A stretch of DNA of 44,015 bases from Pseudomonadota bacterium (GTDB taxonomy: Bacteria > Pseudomonadota > Gammaproteobacteria > Burkholderiales > Burkholderiaceae_C), in the NCBI GenBank assembly GCA_018240995.1, contig JAFEES010000571.1, forward strand, positions 1 to 44,015, in the 5' to 3' direction. The notes under the pieces were generated by a model. That model had not been told where the DNA came from and made no database searches. It saw only the letters and a list, made by a program, of their open reading frames with translations. Position 1 is the first letter of the stretch; each line of letters begins with the position of its first letter. Of this stretch, positions 10,635-20,428 are shown piece after piece. Position numbers and translations under genes: made by a program.

Positions 10635-10979
10635 TCAACGCCAGTCACGGCGATGATGGTGATGGTGCCTGTGGCCCCAGCCACCACCGTAGTAGCCCAT
10701 GGGCGGGGGCGGCGCATACACCACCGGGGGCGGCGGGGCGTAGTACACCGGGCGCGGCGGCGCGTAATACACGGGCGGCGGCGGGGCGTAGTACACCGGT
10801 GGGGGCGGCGCGTAGTACACGGGCGCGGCATTGCCCAGGCCCACGGCCACGCCCGGCGCACCCACGCCCACCGACCAATACACATCGCTGCGCGCCTGCG
10901 CAGTGCCAGCGCCCGCCAGCAAGGCCAGTGCCAAGCCAGCCATGCCGGCGGCGGCAAACCAAGAGCGACGTTGGGTCAT
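10635..10979 (-). CDS. exported proline-rich repeat protein (PXPV-repeat-like)
   Basis: AAGGAG RBS; signal peptide ending AQA; five VYYAPPPP-type units; His/Arg-rich tail. Confidence 0.75.
   Translation of the reverse strand: MTQRRSWFAAAGMAGLALALLAGAGTAQARSDVYWSVGVGAPGVAVGLGNAAPVYYAPPPPVYYAPPPPVYYAPPRPVYYAPPPPVVYAPPPPMGYYGGGWGHRHHHHHRRDWR
10701..10820 (-). repeat. coding tandem repeat, 5 x 24 bp
   Basis: encodes VYYAPPPP VYYAPPPP VYYAPPRP VYYAPPPP VVYAPPPP with synonymous divergence between units. Confidence 0.9.
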
Positions 10980-11170
10980 AAACAATTCTCCTTAGCGTGA
11001 AATACCTGCCAATAGCCATACGAACAGGCCACAGCGGCTGCATTGACAGGGCTGGTCTGCCCTCAACGCGCCAGGCGGCAACTAGGATGTCATGGAACGC
11101 TGTATATGTTGTTTCCGAACGTAGCCCCCTGCCCGCGCAGTGCCCCGTGCGCACGGCCTAAAATCAAGGC

Positions 11171-12979
11171 ATGAGCACTGCAGTCCACAACGACACCACC
11201 CAAGACCCCGTCAAGCCCAGCAACTTCCTGCGTCAAATCATCGACGCCGACCTGGCCCAGGGCACGCATGCCCACAACCGCTGGGCCGGCAGCCCCGGCG
11301 ACGCGGCGCACCAGGCGGCCGGCGCGCTGGATCCGGCCCGTATCCGCACGCGCTTTCCGCCCGAGCCCAACGGCTACCTGCATGTGGGCCATGCCAAGAG
11401 CATCTGCCTGAACTTCGGCCTGGCGCGCGACTATGGCGGCGTGTGCCACCTGCGCTTTGACGACACCAACCCCGAGAAAGAAGAGCAGGAGTACGTGGAC
11501 GCCATCGTCGATGCCGTGCACTGGTTGGGCTTTGACTGGAAGGACGCGGACGGCCACGCCAACCTGTACTACGCCAGCAACTACTTCGACTTCATGTACC
11601 GCGCCGCCGAGTACCTGGTCGAGACCGGCAACGCCTACGTGGACGAGCAAAGTGCCGAGGAAATGCGCGCCAACCGCGGCGACTTTGGCAAGCCCGGCGT
11701 GGACAGCCCCTACCGCACCCGCACGCCGGCCGAGAACCTGGCACGCCTGCGCGAGATGCGCGACGGCAAACTGGCCGACGGCGCCGCCGTGCTGCGCGCC
11801 AAGATCGACATGGCCTCGCCCAACATCAACCTGCGCGACCCGGCCATCTACCGCATCAAGCGCGCCGAGCACCACAACACCGGCGACAAATGGTGCATCT
11901 ACCCCATGTACACCTTCGCCCACCCCATCGAGGACGCGCTGGAGTGCATCACCCACAGCATCTGCACGCTGGAGTTTGAAGACCAGCGCCCGTTCTACGA
12001 CTGGCTGCTCGACCGCCTGGCCGAGGGCGATCTGATCGCCAGGCCGCACCCGCGCCAGTACGAATTTGCGCGCCTGAACCTGACCTACGTCATCACCAGC
12101 AAGCGCAAGCTCAAGCACCTGGTCGATAGCGGCATCGTCAGCGGCTGGGACGACCCGCGCATGCCAACCATAGTCGGCCTGCGCCGGCGCGGCTACACGC
12201 CCGCCGCCATACAGGCGTTCTGCGAGCGCATAGGCGTGACCAAGGACTACAGCTGGATCGACTACGCCACGCTGGAAGGGTGTCTCCGCGAAGACCTGGA
12301 GGCCAAGGCGCACCGCGCCATGGTGGTGCTGGATCCGCTCAAGCTGGAGCTGACCAACTGGGCCGAGCTGTTCGGCAGCCCGGATCACCTGGAACCCTGC
12401 AGCCTGCCCGCCCTGCCCCATGCGGCCGAAGGCCAGGCCATGCCCGAGCGCCACTTCACCCTGGGCCGCGAGGCCTGGATAGAGCGCGAGGACTTCGCCG
12501 AAGTCCCGCCCAAGGGCTACAAGCGTTTGTTCCCGGGCAACAAGGTGCGCCTCAAGGGCGGCTACGTCATCGAGTGCACGGGCTGCGAGAAAGACGTCGC
12601 CGGTAACGTCACCAAGGTGCTGGCCACGGTGGTGCCGGACACCAAGAGCGGCACGCCCGGCGCCGACAGCGTCAAGGTCAAGGCCGCCATCACCTGGGTG
12701 GGCGCGGCCGACGGCGTGCAGGCCGAGGTGCGCCTGTACGACCGATTGTTCACCGACGCCCAGCCCGACGCGGGCGGCAAGGACTACCTAGCCCTGCTCA
12801 ACCCGGACAGCCTGAAGGTCGTCACCGCTTACGTCGAACCCTCGCTGGCCGCCGCCCAGGCCGAGGACAAGTTCCAGTTCGAGCGCTTCGGCTACTTCGT
12901 CGCCGACCGCAAGGATCACGCGCCGGGCAAGCCGGTGTTCAACCGCGTGACCGGGCTCAAGGACAGCTGGGGCAAGTAA
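11171..12979 (+). CDS. glnS: glutamine--tRNA ligase
   Basis: TRFPPEPNGYLHVGH (HIGH motif), LRFDDTNP, ITHSICTLEF, TSKRKL, FQFERFGYF. Confidence 0.97.
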   Translation: MSTAVHNDTTQDPVKPSNFLRQIIDADLAQGTHAHNRWAGSPGDAAHQAAGALDPARIRTRFPPEPNGYLHVGHAKSICLNFGLARDYGGVCHLRFDDTNPEKEEQEYVDAIVDAVHWLGFDWKDADGHANLYYASNYFDFMYRAAEYLVETGNAYVDEQSAEEMRANRGDFGKPGVDSPYRTRTPAENLARLREMRDGKLADGAAVLRAKIDMASPNINLRDPAIYRIKRAEHHNTGDKWCIYPMYTFAHPIEDALECITHSICTLEFEDQRPFYDWLLDRLAEGDLIARPHPRQYEFARLNLTYVITSKRKLKHLVDSGIVSGWDDPRMPTIVGLRRRGYTPAAIQAFCERIGVTKDYSWIDYATLEGCLREDLEAKAHRAMVVLDPLKLELTNWAELFGSPDHLEPCSLPALPHAAEGQAMPERHFTLGREAWIEREDFAEVPPKGYKRLFPGNKVRLKGGYVIECTGCEKDVAGNVTKVLATVVPDTKSGTPGADSVKVKAAITWVGAADGVQAEVRLYDRLFTDAQPDAGGKDYLALLNPDSLKVVTAYVEPSLAAAQAEDKFQFERFGYFVADRKDHAPGKPVFNRVTGLKDSWGK

Positions 12980-13000
12980 GCCCCTTGCCGCTGCTCGCAC

Positions 13001-13540
13001 ATGACGCCCGAATCCATCCTGCACTTTTGGTTCGACGAGCTGACACCCGCGCAGCATTTCGCCAAGGACGCGCAGCTGGATGCCGCCATTGGCGAGCGCT
13101 TTGGCGCCACGCTTGAGGCCGCTGCACTCGGCGAGCTCTTCGGCTGGCGCACCAGCGCACAGGGGCGGCTGGCCGAAATCGTGGTGCTCGATCAGTTCTC
13201 GCGCAACGTCTATCGCGACACACCGCGCGCCTTTGCCCAGGACGGCATGGCGCTGCTGCTGGCGCAAGAGCTGGTGGCGCAGGCACTGGACAGGCCATTG
13301 CCCAGCGCCCAGCGCGCCTTTGCCTACATGCCCTATATGCACAGCGAATCCCGCGTGGTGCAGGCGCAGTCGGCGCGGCTATTCGCCCAACCCGGGCTGG
13401 AGGCCAACCTGCGCTTTGCGCTGCAGCACCAGGCCATCATCGAGCGCTTTGGCCGCTACCCGCACCGCAACGCCATCCTGGGGCGAGCATCCAGCGACGA
13501 AGAGCTGGAGTTTCTGCGCCAGCCCGGTTCGGCGTTTTGA
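13001..13540 (+). CDS. DUF924 family protein
   Basis: ILHFWF, LAEIVVLDQFSRNVYR, FAYMPYMHSE, IIERFGRYPHRNAILGR. Confidence 0.9.
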   Translation: MTPESILHFWFDELTPAQHFAKDAQLDAAIGERFGATLEAAALGELFGWRTSAQGRLAEIVVLDQFSRNVYRDTPRAFAQDGMALLLAQELVAQALDRPLPSAQRAFAYMPYMHSESRVVQAQSARLFAQPGLEANLRFALQHQAIIERFGRYPHRNAILGRASSDEELEFLRQPGSAF

Positions 13541-13615
13541 CCATCCCCGGGGGTGGTTTGACGTTTGCGTGACATTCAGGCCCGAACCTTTGCCCCACAA
13601 CCGCTCCAAACACCC

Positions 13616-14428
13616 ATGAACAAGCAGCAGCGCACCACCATTCACAGCATCTCCGCCCTGGCCCTGGCCGCATTGATGAGCGCCTGCACCAGCGCCCCCT
13701 CACAACCGGCGGTCCCCATGCCACCGACCATTGCGCAACAATCCGCCCCCGACCTGGCCTCGTACGACTGGAACCTGACGGCCGCCTTTGACGCCCAGGG
13801 CAAGCCCGACGTCCGCTGGCTGCTGCCCGGGCGCGAGCCGCTGCAGCTGCACTTCGAGGACCAACGCCTGTCGGTGCGCAAGCTGTGCAATGTGCTGGGC
13901 GCGCACTTCGGCACCCAGGGCAACGACATCCAGCTGACCCAGACCATGTCCACCAAGCGCGCCTGCGTGGATCAGGCCCTGATGCAGCTGGAAGATCGCG
14001 TGGCCACGCTGCTGCCGACCATGAAGCGCTATCAGCTGCGCGCCGGCGCCACGCCCGAGCTGCAACTGTGGTTTGCCGACGGTACGCGCTGGCAGCTGGC
14101 CGGCCAGCCCACGCCGCAGACGCAATATGGCGGCCCGGGCGAGCGCATCTTCCTGGAGGTGGCGCCGCAGCGCGTGGCCTGCAGCCATGGCGTGATGAAG
14201 GACGCCCAATGCCTGCGCGTGCGCGAGATCCGCTATGCCGACAACGGCGTGAAGCAATCGGTGGGCGACTGGCAGCCGTTCTACGGCGAGATCCAGGGCT
14301 GGCAGCATGAGAGGGGAATGCGCAACGTGCTGCGCATCAACCGCTACCCGGTCAAGAACCCGCCGGCCGATGCCTCGGCCTATGCCTATGTGCTGGACAT
14401 GGTGGTGGAGTCAGAGCGCGTGAAGTAA
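13616..14428 (+). CDS. lipoprotein with META and DUF4377-like domains
   Basis: lipobox LMSA-C; META-like CN...STKRAC; C-terminal CLRVRE...FYGEIQG...PPADASAYAYVLD. Confidence 0.8.
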   Translation: MNKQQRTTIHSISALALAALMSACTSAPSQPAVPMPPTIAQQSAPDLASYDWNLTAAFDAQGKPDVRWLLPGREPLQLHFEDQRLSVRKLCNVLGAHFGTQGNDIQLTQTMSTKRACVDQALMQLEDRVATLLPTMKRYQLRAGATPELQLWFADGTRWQLAGQPTPQTQYGGPGERIFLEVAPQRVACSHGVMKDAQCLRVREIRYADNGVKQSVGDWQPFYGEIQGWQHERGMRNVLRINRYPVKNPPADASAYAYVLDMVVESERVK

Positions 14429-14463
14429 GCCCCCAAGCGGCCACAAAAACCATCATAAAAAAA

Positions 14464-14689
14464 TTCCTGACTATGTACATGTCGCAGATGCCCCTCACCC
14501 CTCCCGGGGGCACAGCGAGACGCTGTGCTCTTCAGACTGTCCAGTTCCGCGCAGGCGGCACTGGAGCCGCAGCCTTCAGCCCCAAAGGGGCGAGGGCGAC
14601 CGGTTGCGCCGGCTTTACTCCCTCTCCCTCTGGGAGAGGGTGGGGGTGAGGGCTCGCGACCCAGTCTAAGGTATGTGCCTAGTCAGGAA
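14464..14689. mobile_element. 226-bp TIR-bounded element carrying a REP pair (family B copy 1)
   Basis: TTCCTGACTATGTACAT (14464-14480) vs reverse complement of ATGTGCCTAGTCAGGAA (14673-14689), 15/17 match; internal CCCTCTCCC..GGGAGAGGG-TGGGGGTGAGGG type arms. Confidence 0.65.
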
Positions 14690-14690
14690 A

Positions 14691-14737
14691 AAATAGCTGC
14701 AGCGCTTTACCACAAAGCGCATGAAGCTATTTTTTTT
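14691..14737. repeat. bipartite ATAGC/GCGCTT repeat, symmetric copy; may also act as a bidirectional terminator
   Basis: AAATAGCTGCAGCGCTTTACCACAAAGCGCATGAAGCTATTTTT between convergent genes. Confidence 0.65.
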
Positions 14738-14743
14738 TTAGTA

Positions 14744-16147
14744 TCACTTGCCCGAGGTGATGGCGCCCGCCTGCGTCAGCCGCTCGGCCACCAGCAGCTT
14801 TTGCATCTCGGCCTGGCTCATGATGCCCAGGTCTTGCGCCACCTGGGCGATCGGCTTGCCGGTGGCGATGGCGGCCTTGGCGATGGCCGCGGCCTTTTCG
14901 TAGCCGATCAGCGGGTTCAGCGCCGTCACCAGGGTCACGGATGCGGCGATGCGCTCATCCAGTAGATCCTGGTTGGCGGCTATGCCCTCCACGCAGTTGA
15001 CCTGCAGCGTCTGGCAGGCGCTGGCCAGGTGGTGCAGGCTCTTGTGCAGCGCCCAGGCCACCAGCGGCTCGAAGGCGTTGAGCTGCAGCTGGCCGGCCTC
15101 GCAGGCCATGGTGATGGCGACGTCGTTGCCAATCACCTCGAAGCACACCTGGTTCATCACCTCGGGGATCACCGGGTTCACCTTGCCCGGCATGATGGAC
15201 GAGCCCGCCTGGCGCGGCGGCAGCTTGATGTCGGCCACGCCCGCCTGCGGGCCCGAGGACAGCAGGCGCAGGTCGTTGCTGATCTTGGACAGCTTGGCCG
15301 CGATGCGCTTGAGCACGCCGGAGATATCGACAAAGGCGCCCGTGTCCGAGGTGGCGGCGATCAGGTTGGCCGCGGCCTTGACCGGCACGCCGGAGAGCTC
15401 GGCCAGCTTCGGGGTCACCACGTCCACATAGCCCACCGGGGCGTTGATGCCAGTGCCTATGGCCGTGCCGCCCATGTTGATCTCGCACATCAGGTAGGCG
15501 GACTCGCGCAGGCGGCGCTCGTCGTCGGCCAGCATGGCGGCGAAGGCGGCGAACTCCTGGCCCAGCGTCATGGGCACGGCGTCCTGCAGCTGGGTGCGGC
15601 CGATCTTGAGGATGTTGGCGAACTCCTGCGCCTTCACCTCGAAGGCGCCGCGCAGCTCGGCAAGGGCCGCCAGCAGGGTCTGGATGCCGAAATACGTGGC
15701 CATTTTCACGGCCGTGGGGTAGGTGTCGTTGGTGCTTTGCGAGGCGTTGACATGGTCGTTGGGGTGGATCACGTCATAGCGGCCCTTGTGCAGGCCCAGG
15801 TGCTCCAGCGCGCGGTTGGCGATCACCTCGTTGGCGTTCATATTGGTCGAGGTGCCGGCGCCGCCCTGGATCACGTCCACCACGAACTGCTCGTGCAGCT
15901 GGCCGGCGACCAGGTCGTCGCAGGCCTTGGAAATGGCATTGGCTTGGGTTTCGTTGATCGCGCCCAGCTGCAGGTTGGCATGGGCGGCGGCCTTCTTCAC
16001 GAAGGCAAAGGCCCGGATCAACTCGGGCATCCGGGCCACGGTCTGGCCGGTGATGGGAAAGTTCTCCACGGCGCGTGCCGTGTGCACGCCCCAGTAGGCG
16101 TCGGGGGGAATGGTCTTGATACCAATGAAGTCATGTTCTTGACGCAT
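14744..16147 (-). CDS. aspA: aspartate ammonia-lyase
   Basis: YWGVHTARAVENF, QGGAGTSTNMNANEVIAN, GRTQLQDAVP, GSSIMPGKVNP. Confidence 0.93.
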   Translation of the reverse strand: MRQEHDFIGIKTIPPDAYWGVHTARAVENFPITGQTVARMPELIRAFAFVKKAAAHANLQLGAINETQANAISKACDDLVAGQLHEQFVVDVIQGGAGTSTNMNANEVIANRALEHLGLHKGRYDVIHPNDHVNASQSTNDTYPTAVKMATYFGIQTLLAALAELRGAFEVKAQEFANILKIGRTQLQDAVPMTLGQEFAAFAAMLADDERRLRESAYLMCEINMGGTAIGTGINAPVGYVDVVTPKLAELSGVPVKAAANLIAATSDTGAFVDISGVLKRIAAKLSKISNDLRLLSSGPQAGVADIKLPPRQAGSSIMPGKVNPVIPEVMNQVCFEVIGNDVAITMACEAGQLQLNAFEPLVAWALHKSLHHLASACQTLQVNCVEGIAANQDLLDERIAASVTLVTALNPLIGYEKAAAIAKAAIATGKPIAQVAQDLGIMSQAEMQKLLVAERLTQAGAITSGK

Positions 16148-16357
16148 GGTCGATCGGCTTTCTTGTGAGCTAGGGGTAAAAAAACAGTCCGGGCGTGCGC
16201 CCGGCTCTTGGTGGCAATGCCCCCGCCGTCGCGGCGCCCGGGGCATTGGGGCAAATTATGTTCCCGCACGGCGCGCCCGCACAGCAAACCCCGCCCCGCA
16301 GCATGCGCATGCGGCGCCGGTGCCAAGTGGCGCCCACCAGGCCCTACACTGCCCGCC

Positions 16358-17245
16358 GTGTCATTCCTGCTCCATACCTCCCCCATACCCGACTGCGCCA
16401 GCCGCCGCCATCTTTTGCAAGCCATGGGCCTGGCGCTGCTGCCCGCCGGCGCAGCGCTGGCCCAGGACGCCACCGCAGGCCCCTGGCCGCACGCGCTGCA
16501 AGTGCCCGGCGGCGTGGCCCGGCTGCCGCTGGGCCCGGCGCCCGAGCGCCCTATGGTGCATGCGGGCGACATTCCCGTGCTGGTGCTGGGCGAGGCCAGC
16601 GCCTGGACGGCCATCGTCGGCATAGCGCTGGCCGCGCCCGTGGGCCAGGCCCATGTCAGCGTGCAGGCCCAGGCCGGCGCACCGGCGCGGCGCATCGCCT
16701 ACCAGGTGGCGGCCAAGCGCTACAGCGAGCAGCGCCTGAAGGTGGCACCGCGCACCGTGGATCTGTCGCCCGAAGACCAGGCCCGCTACGAGCGCGAGCG
16801 CGACCATCAACAGCGGGTGATGGCGACCTTCTCCACCCCGCTGCCGCAGGCCGGCGACCTGCGCATGCGCCAGCCCGTGCCGGGGCGGCGTTCCAGCAGC
16901 TTTGGCCTGCGCCGCGTGTTCAACGGCCAGGCGCGCAACCCGCACAGCGGCATGGACATAGCCGCCGCCACCGGCACGCCCGTGGTCGCGCCCCTGCCGG
17001 GCCGGGTGATCGACGTGGGCGACTATTTCTTCAACGGCGGCACCGTCTGGCTGGACCATGGCGGCGGCCTGCTCAGCATGTACTGCCACCTGAGCGGCGT
17101 GGACTGCGCCGTGGGCGAGCAGCTCGCCACCGGCCAGGCGTTTTGCCGGGTGGGCGCCACCGGCCGCGTCACCGGCCCACACCTGCACTGGGGCGTGATG
17201 CTGAACCGCAGCATGGTCGATCCGGCCCTGTTCCTGCCCGAATGA
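16358..17245 (+). CDS. M23 family metallopeptidase with Tat-like signal
   Basis: SRRHLL signal, HSGMD and HLH Zn motifs, [13 protein letters not shown]; start uncertain (GTG 16358). Confidence 0.85.
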   Translation: MSFLLHTSPIPDCASRRHLLQAMGLALLPAGAALAQDATAGPWPHALQVPGGVARLPLGPAPERPMVHAGDIPVLVLGEASAWTAIVGIALAAPVGQAHVSVQAQAGAPARRIAYQVAAKRYSEQRLKVAPRTVDLSPEDQARYERERDHQQRVMATFSTPLPQAGDLRMRQPVPGRRSSSFGLRRVFNGQARNPHSGMDIAAATGTPVVAPLPGRVIDVGDYFFNGGTVWLDHGGGLLSMYCHLSGVDCAVGEQLATGQAFCRVGATGRVTGPHLHWGVMLNRSMVDPALFLPE

Positions 17246-17862
17246 CGCAGCGCCCCACCCTGCGCCGGCCCGCCAGCGCGCCCGCCCCGGCGCCCAAGGC
17301 AAGGCTGCTGCGCTTCAACAAGCCCTACGGCGTGCTGAGCCAGTTCACGCCCGAGGGGCGCTGGCGCGGCCTCAAGGACTTCATCGCCGAGCCTGGCGTC
17401 TACGTCGCCGGGCGCCTGGACGCCGACAGCGAGGGCCTGCTGCTGCTGACCAACGACGGCCAACTCCAGGCGCGCATCAGCGACCCGCGCCACAAGATGG
17501 AGAAGACCTACTGGGTGCAGGTCGAGGGCATTCCCGACGACGCCGCACTCGATGCGCTACGGCGCGGCGTGCCACTGAACGACGGCCCCACCCTGCCCGC
17601 GCGCGTGCGCCGGCTCGACTCGCCGCCCGCGCTGTGGGAGCGCGACCCGCCGATACGCGTGCGCCAGAACATCCCGGACAGCTGGCTGGAGCTCGTCATC
17701 CGCGAGGGCCGCAACCGCCAGGTGCGCCGCATGACCGCCGCCGTGGGCCACCCCACGCTGCGCCTGGTGCGCGCGGCCATAGGCCCCTACCGGCTGGATG
17801 GACTGGCGCCCGGCGGCTGGGCGGAGGTGGCCGTGCCTAACTATCAAAAAAATAGCTTCTAG
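17242..17862 (+). CDS. rluE: rRNA pseudouridine synthase, RluE-like (RsuA family)
   Basis: [47 protein letters not shown]; ATGA overlap with the M23 gene. Confidence 0.88.
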   Translation: MTQRPTLRRPASAPAPAPKARLLRFNKPYGVLSQFTPEGRWRGLKDFIAEPGVYVAGRLDADSEGLLLLTNDGQLQARISDPRHKMEKTYWVQVEGIPDDAALDALRRGVPLNDGPTLPARVRRLDSPPALWERDPPIRVRQNIPDSWLELVIREGRNRQVRRMTAAVGHPTLRLVRAAIGPYRLDGLAPGGWAEVAVPNYQKNSF

Positions 17863-17887
17863 CGCTTTCTACACGGGCGCTACAGGC
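17841..17887 (+). repeat. bipartite CTAT-N7-ATAGC / GCGCTT repeat overlapping the rluE 3' end
   Basis: CTATCAAAAAAATAGCTTCTAGCGCTTTCTACACGGGCGCTAC; encodes YQKNSF and the stop codon. Confidence 0.7.
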
Positions 17888-17896
17888 GGTTTCCAA

Positions 17897-18778
17897 TCAA
17901 GGCTTTTGCGGCACGCGCAGGCGCAGCGCGCCATCGAGCACCAGCACCGCCACGGCCGCGAAGATGGGCCCGTAGCTGGGCCACTGCTCGCGGCCTATGC
18001 TCTCGCCCAGGGCCAGCGCCACCAGCGCCAGCAGCACCGGCTCCACATAGCTGAGCAGGCCAAACAGCCCCAGCGGCAGCCACCGGCTGGCGGCCATGTA
18101 CAGCGCCAGCGCCACGGCGCTCACCAGGCCCAGCACCGGCACCATGGCCCATAGGTGCCGGTGGCCGATCACCATGTCTACCGACGAGGGCGCGCGTGCC
18201 ACGAACCACAGCGCGGCCGGCACCAGCAGCAGCATGTCCAGCCAATGCCCGCCCAGGTGGTCGGTGGCCAGCTGGCGGCGCAGCACGAAATACACGGTGT
18301 AGCCCAGGGCCACGGCCCAGGTCTCCCACGACATGCCGCCGGCACGCAGCAGCTCATGCGCCACACCCAGGCCGGCCAATGCCGTGGCCAGCCATTGCAG
18401 CTGCGTCAGGCGTTCGCGGTACAGCACGCGCCCAGCCAGCACCATCACCAGCGGCAGCAAAAAATAACCCAGCGACACCGGCAGCGCCCGCCCATGCAGC
18501 GGCGCCCACAGAAACAGCCACAGCTGCACGCCCAAAAGCGCTGCGCTGGCCAGCAGCCCCAGCGCAAACGACGGCTGGCGCTGCACGCGCCGCACCAGCA
18601 GGCGCACGCGCCGCCACTGGCCCAGCGCCAGCAGCAGCGCCGTGGTAAAGGGCAGCGTGGCCAGCACGCGCCAGCCGAAGATCTGCTCGCCATCCAGCGG
18701 CGCGAGCGCGGGCGCCAGGTAATACATGGCACCAAACAAAACCGACGCCACGACGGACGCTACAAGACCTTTGAACAC
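17897..18778 (-). CDS. rarD: EamA family transporter RarD
   Basis: SLGYFLLPLV, RERLT, FGLLSYVEP; about 10 TM helices. Confidence 0.88.
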   Translation of the reverse strand: MFKGLVASVVASVLFGAMYYLAPALAPLDGEQIFGWRVLATLPFTTALLLALGQWRRVRLLVRRVQRQPSFALGLLASAALLGVQLWLFLWAPLHGRALPVSLGYFLLPLVMVLAGRVLYRERLTQLQWLATALAGLGVAHELLRAGGMSWETWAVALGYTVYFVLRRQLATDHLGGHWLDMLLLVPAALWFVARAPSSVDMVIGHRHLWAMVPVLGLVSAVALALYMAASRWLPLGLFGLLSYVEPVLLALVALALGESIGREQWPSYGPIFAAVAVLVLDGALRLRVPQKP

Positions 18779-19007
18779 GGCAAGGCAATCAGCAAGGAAA
18801 ACCCGCCATTGTCGGTCATGGCCAGGCCGGCGCAGTTATGCCCACGGCCTGTGGGCGGCCCTGTGGAAAACCGCCGGTACAACCGGCCGCGGGCCGCGCC
18901 GGCATTGGGTCGCAGCGCATTGCCCATTTTTTGCGCAGCGTTGCCCATGGGCTGCAGCCGGGCGGCGCGCGGGTATAGTGCGCCCCCTTTGCCCTGCCAC
19001 CACGCCC

Positions 19008-19436
19008 ATGCCTGTCACTGCCGCCCTGCTCTGCCTCGTCGTCGCCGTTCACGACGGCGACACGCTCACCGTGCGCTGCGACAAGGCCGCCACCAGGGAG
19101 CGCGTGCGCATCGCCGCCATGGATGCGCCCGAGAGCCGCCAGGCCTTTGGCCAGCGCGCACGGCAAAACCTGGCGCGCCTATGTTTTCGCCAGCAGGCGC
19201 GGCTGTACCGCCTGGGCCATGACCACTATGGCCGCACCCTGGCCCATGTGCGCTGCCAGGGCCAGGACGTGGCAGCAGCCCAGGTGCGCGCCGGCCTGGC
19301 CTGGGTGTATGCGCCGCAGGCCAGGCAATACCCGCGGCTGGTGGCGCTGCAGCGCCAGGCGCGCGCCAGCCACCGGGGGCTATGGGTGCAAAAACAGCCG
19401 CTGGCGCCCTGGGACTATCGCCACCGCTATCAATAA
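19008..19436 (+). CDS. thermonuclease (SNase) family protein
   Basis: VHDGDT, RVRIAAMDAPE, DHYGRTLA, GLAW, RGLW...PWDYR. Confidence 0.88.
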   Translation: MPVTAALLCLVVAVHDGDTLTVRCDKAATRERVRIAAMDAPESRQAFGQRARQNLARLCFRQQARLYRLGHDHYGRTLAHVRCQGQDVAAAQVRAGLAWVYAPQARQYPRLVALQRQARASHRGLWVQKQPLAPWDYRHRYQ

Positions 19437-19442
19437 AGTGGC

Positions 19443-20375
19443 TTAGCCGCCGGCATTGAACACGCCCGACAGCAGCTCGGGCAGGCGCGCCGCGGCCAGG
19501 CGAAAACCGCAGGACTGGGCATGGCCGCCGCCGCCCATGCTCACGGCCAGGGGCGAGCAGTCGTAGCCGCGCTGCGAGCGCAGGCCCACCTTGACCTGCC
19601 CGTCCTTGGCCACGGCCCACATCAATGCGTAGCTGCCGCTTTGCTTGGACAGCAGCTCGCCCACCAGGCTGTGAAAGGCGCCGGGCGCATTCACCATCAA
19701 ACCGGCCTCGCCGTTGAAGACCAGCGGCTGGGCGCCGCCGGCCACGTCCTGCGCCAGGTGGCGGAATTTTTCGTCCATGGCCTGGCCGCGGGAGACGAAG
19801 GCCGCGGTCTCGGCGGGCGCAAAGGCGGCGATCTGCTGCCAGCGCTCAAAGTCGAAGGGCTCCATGTCCAGCGCCGCCACATAGCCCGCCGTTTCGGGGT
19901 ATTGCCAGATCCACAGGTCGCGGTCTTCCACATGGCGCACCAGGTCGGGCAGCGGCGCGTCGGGGTGGAAGAACTCCCAGGCCAGGCGCGCGCCGGACTT
20001 GCCCATGTCAAAGTGCAGCGCGCCGCAGCGGCAGACAAAGCCGGCCAGCTGCTCGGCCGCGCTCTTGTGGTGATCCAGCAGCACCAGCTTGGCGGCGCGC
20101 GCGTCAATTTCCGCCAGCAGCTCGGGCCCGAAGGAAAAATCCAGCACATAGACGGCGCGGCCGGCCAGCGGCGGCAGCTCATCCACGCTGCCCACCTGCC
20201 CGTGCGACAGGCCCAGGCATTGCACCTGCCCGCCATAGAAGCGCCAGGCGGCCAGGGCAGCGGCAAAGCCGTCGGCGCAGCGGTCGTGGTACAGCACCAG
20301 GGGTTGGGGATCGTCAAGCCGGGGGGCCGCCAACAGGGGCAGCGGCAATATCGTGGAACGGGTGGATAGCATCAT
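19443..20375 (-). CDS. DHH/DHHA1 family phosphoesterase
   Basis: YHDRCADG, LDFSF, LLDHHKSA, EDRDLW, LRS...GGGGH. Confidence 0.85.
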   Translation of the reverse strand: MMLSTRSTILPLPLLAAPRLDDPQPLVLYHDRCADGFAAALAAWRFYGGQVQCLGLSHGQVGSVDELPPLAGRAVYVLDFSFGPELLAEIDARAAKLVLLDHHKSAAEQLAGFVCRCGALHFDMGKSGARLAWEFFHPDAPLPDLVRHVEDRDLWIWQYPETAGYVAALDMEPFDFERWQQIAAFAPAETAAFVSRGQAMDEKFRHLAQDVAGGAQPLVFNGEAGLMVNAPGAFHSLVGELLSKQSGSYALMWAVAKDGQVKVGLRSQRGYDCSPLAVSMGGGGHAQSCGFRLAAARLPELLSGVFNAGG

Positions 20376-20404
20376 GGCGGCGCATTGTGCGCCTGTTATC
20401 ATGC

Positions 20405-20420
20405 CTGTACAAACATCCAG
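20405..20420. promoter_or_regulatory. candidate LexA (SOS) box
   Basis: CTGTACAAACATCCAG matches CTG-N10-CAG (CTGG-N8-ACAG on -); next to -10-like TATCAT (20397-20402). Confidence 0.55.
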
Positions 20421-20428
20421 TTGACACC

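Noticed and set aside
10701-10820. Regularly spaced 24-bp repeats as a possible CRISPR array
   Set aside because: No spacers, in-frame coding repeat, no cas genes
11260-11340. Extra segment in the GlnS N-terminus (RWAGSPGDAAHQAAG)
   Set aside because: I recall similar inserts in Burkholderiales GlnRS; no intein or mobile-element features
14525-14965. 146-aa ORF containing LLPLPLGEGGGEG, and the 62-aa ORF at 36065-36253 (VIPAQAGIH)
   Set aside because: Typical translations of REP-type repeats; the first also runs antisense into aspA
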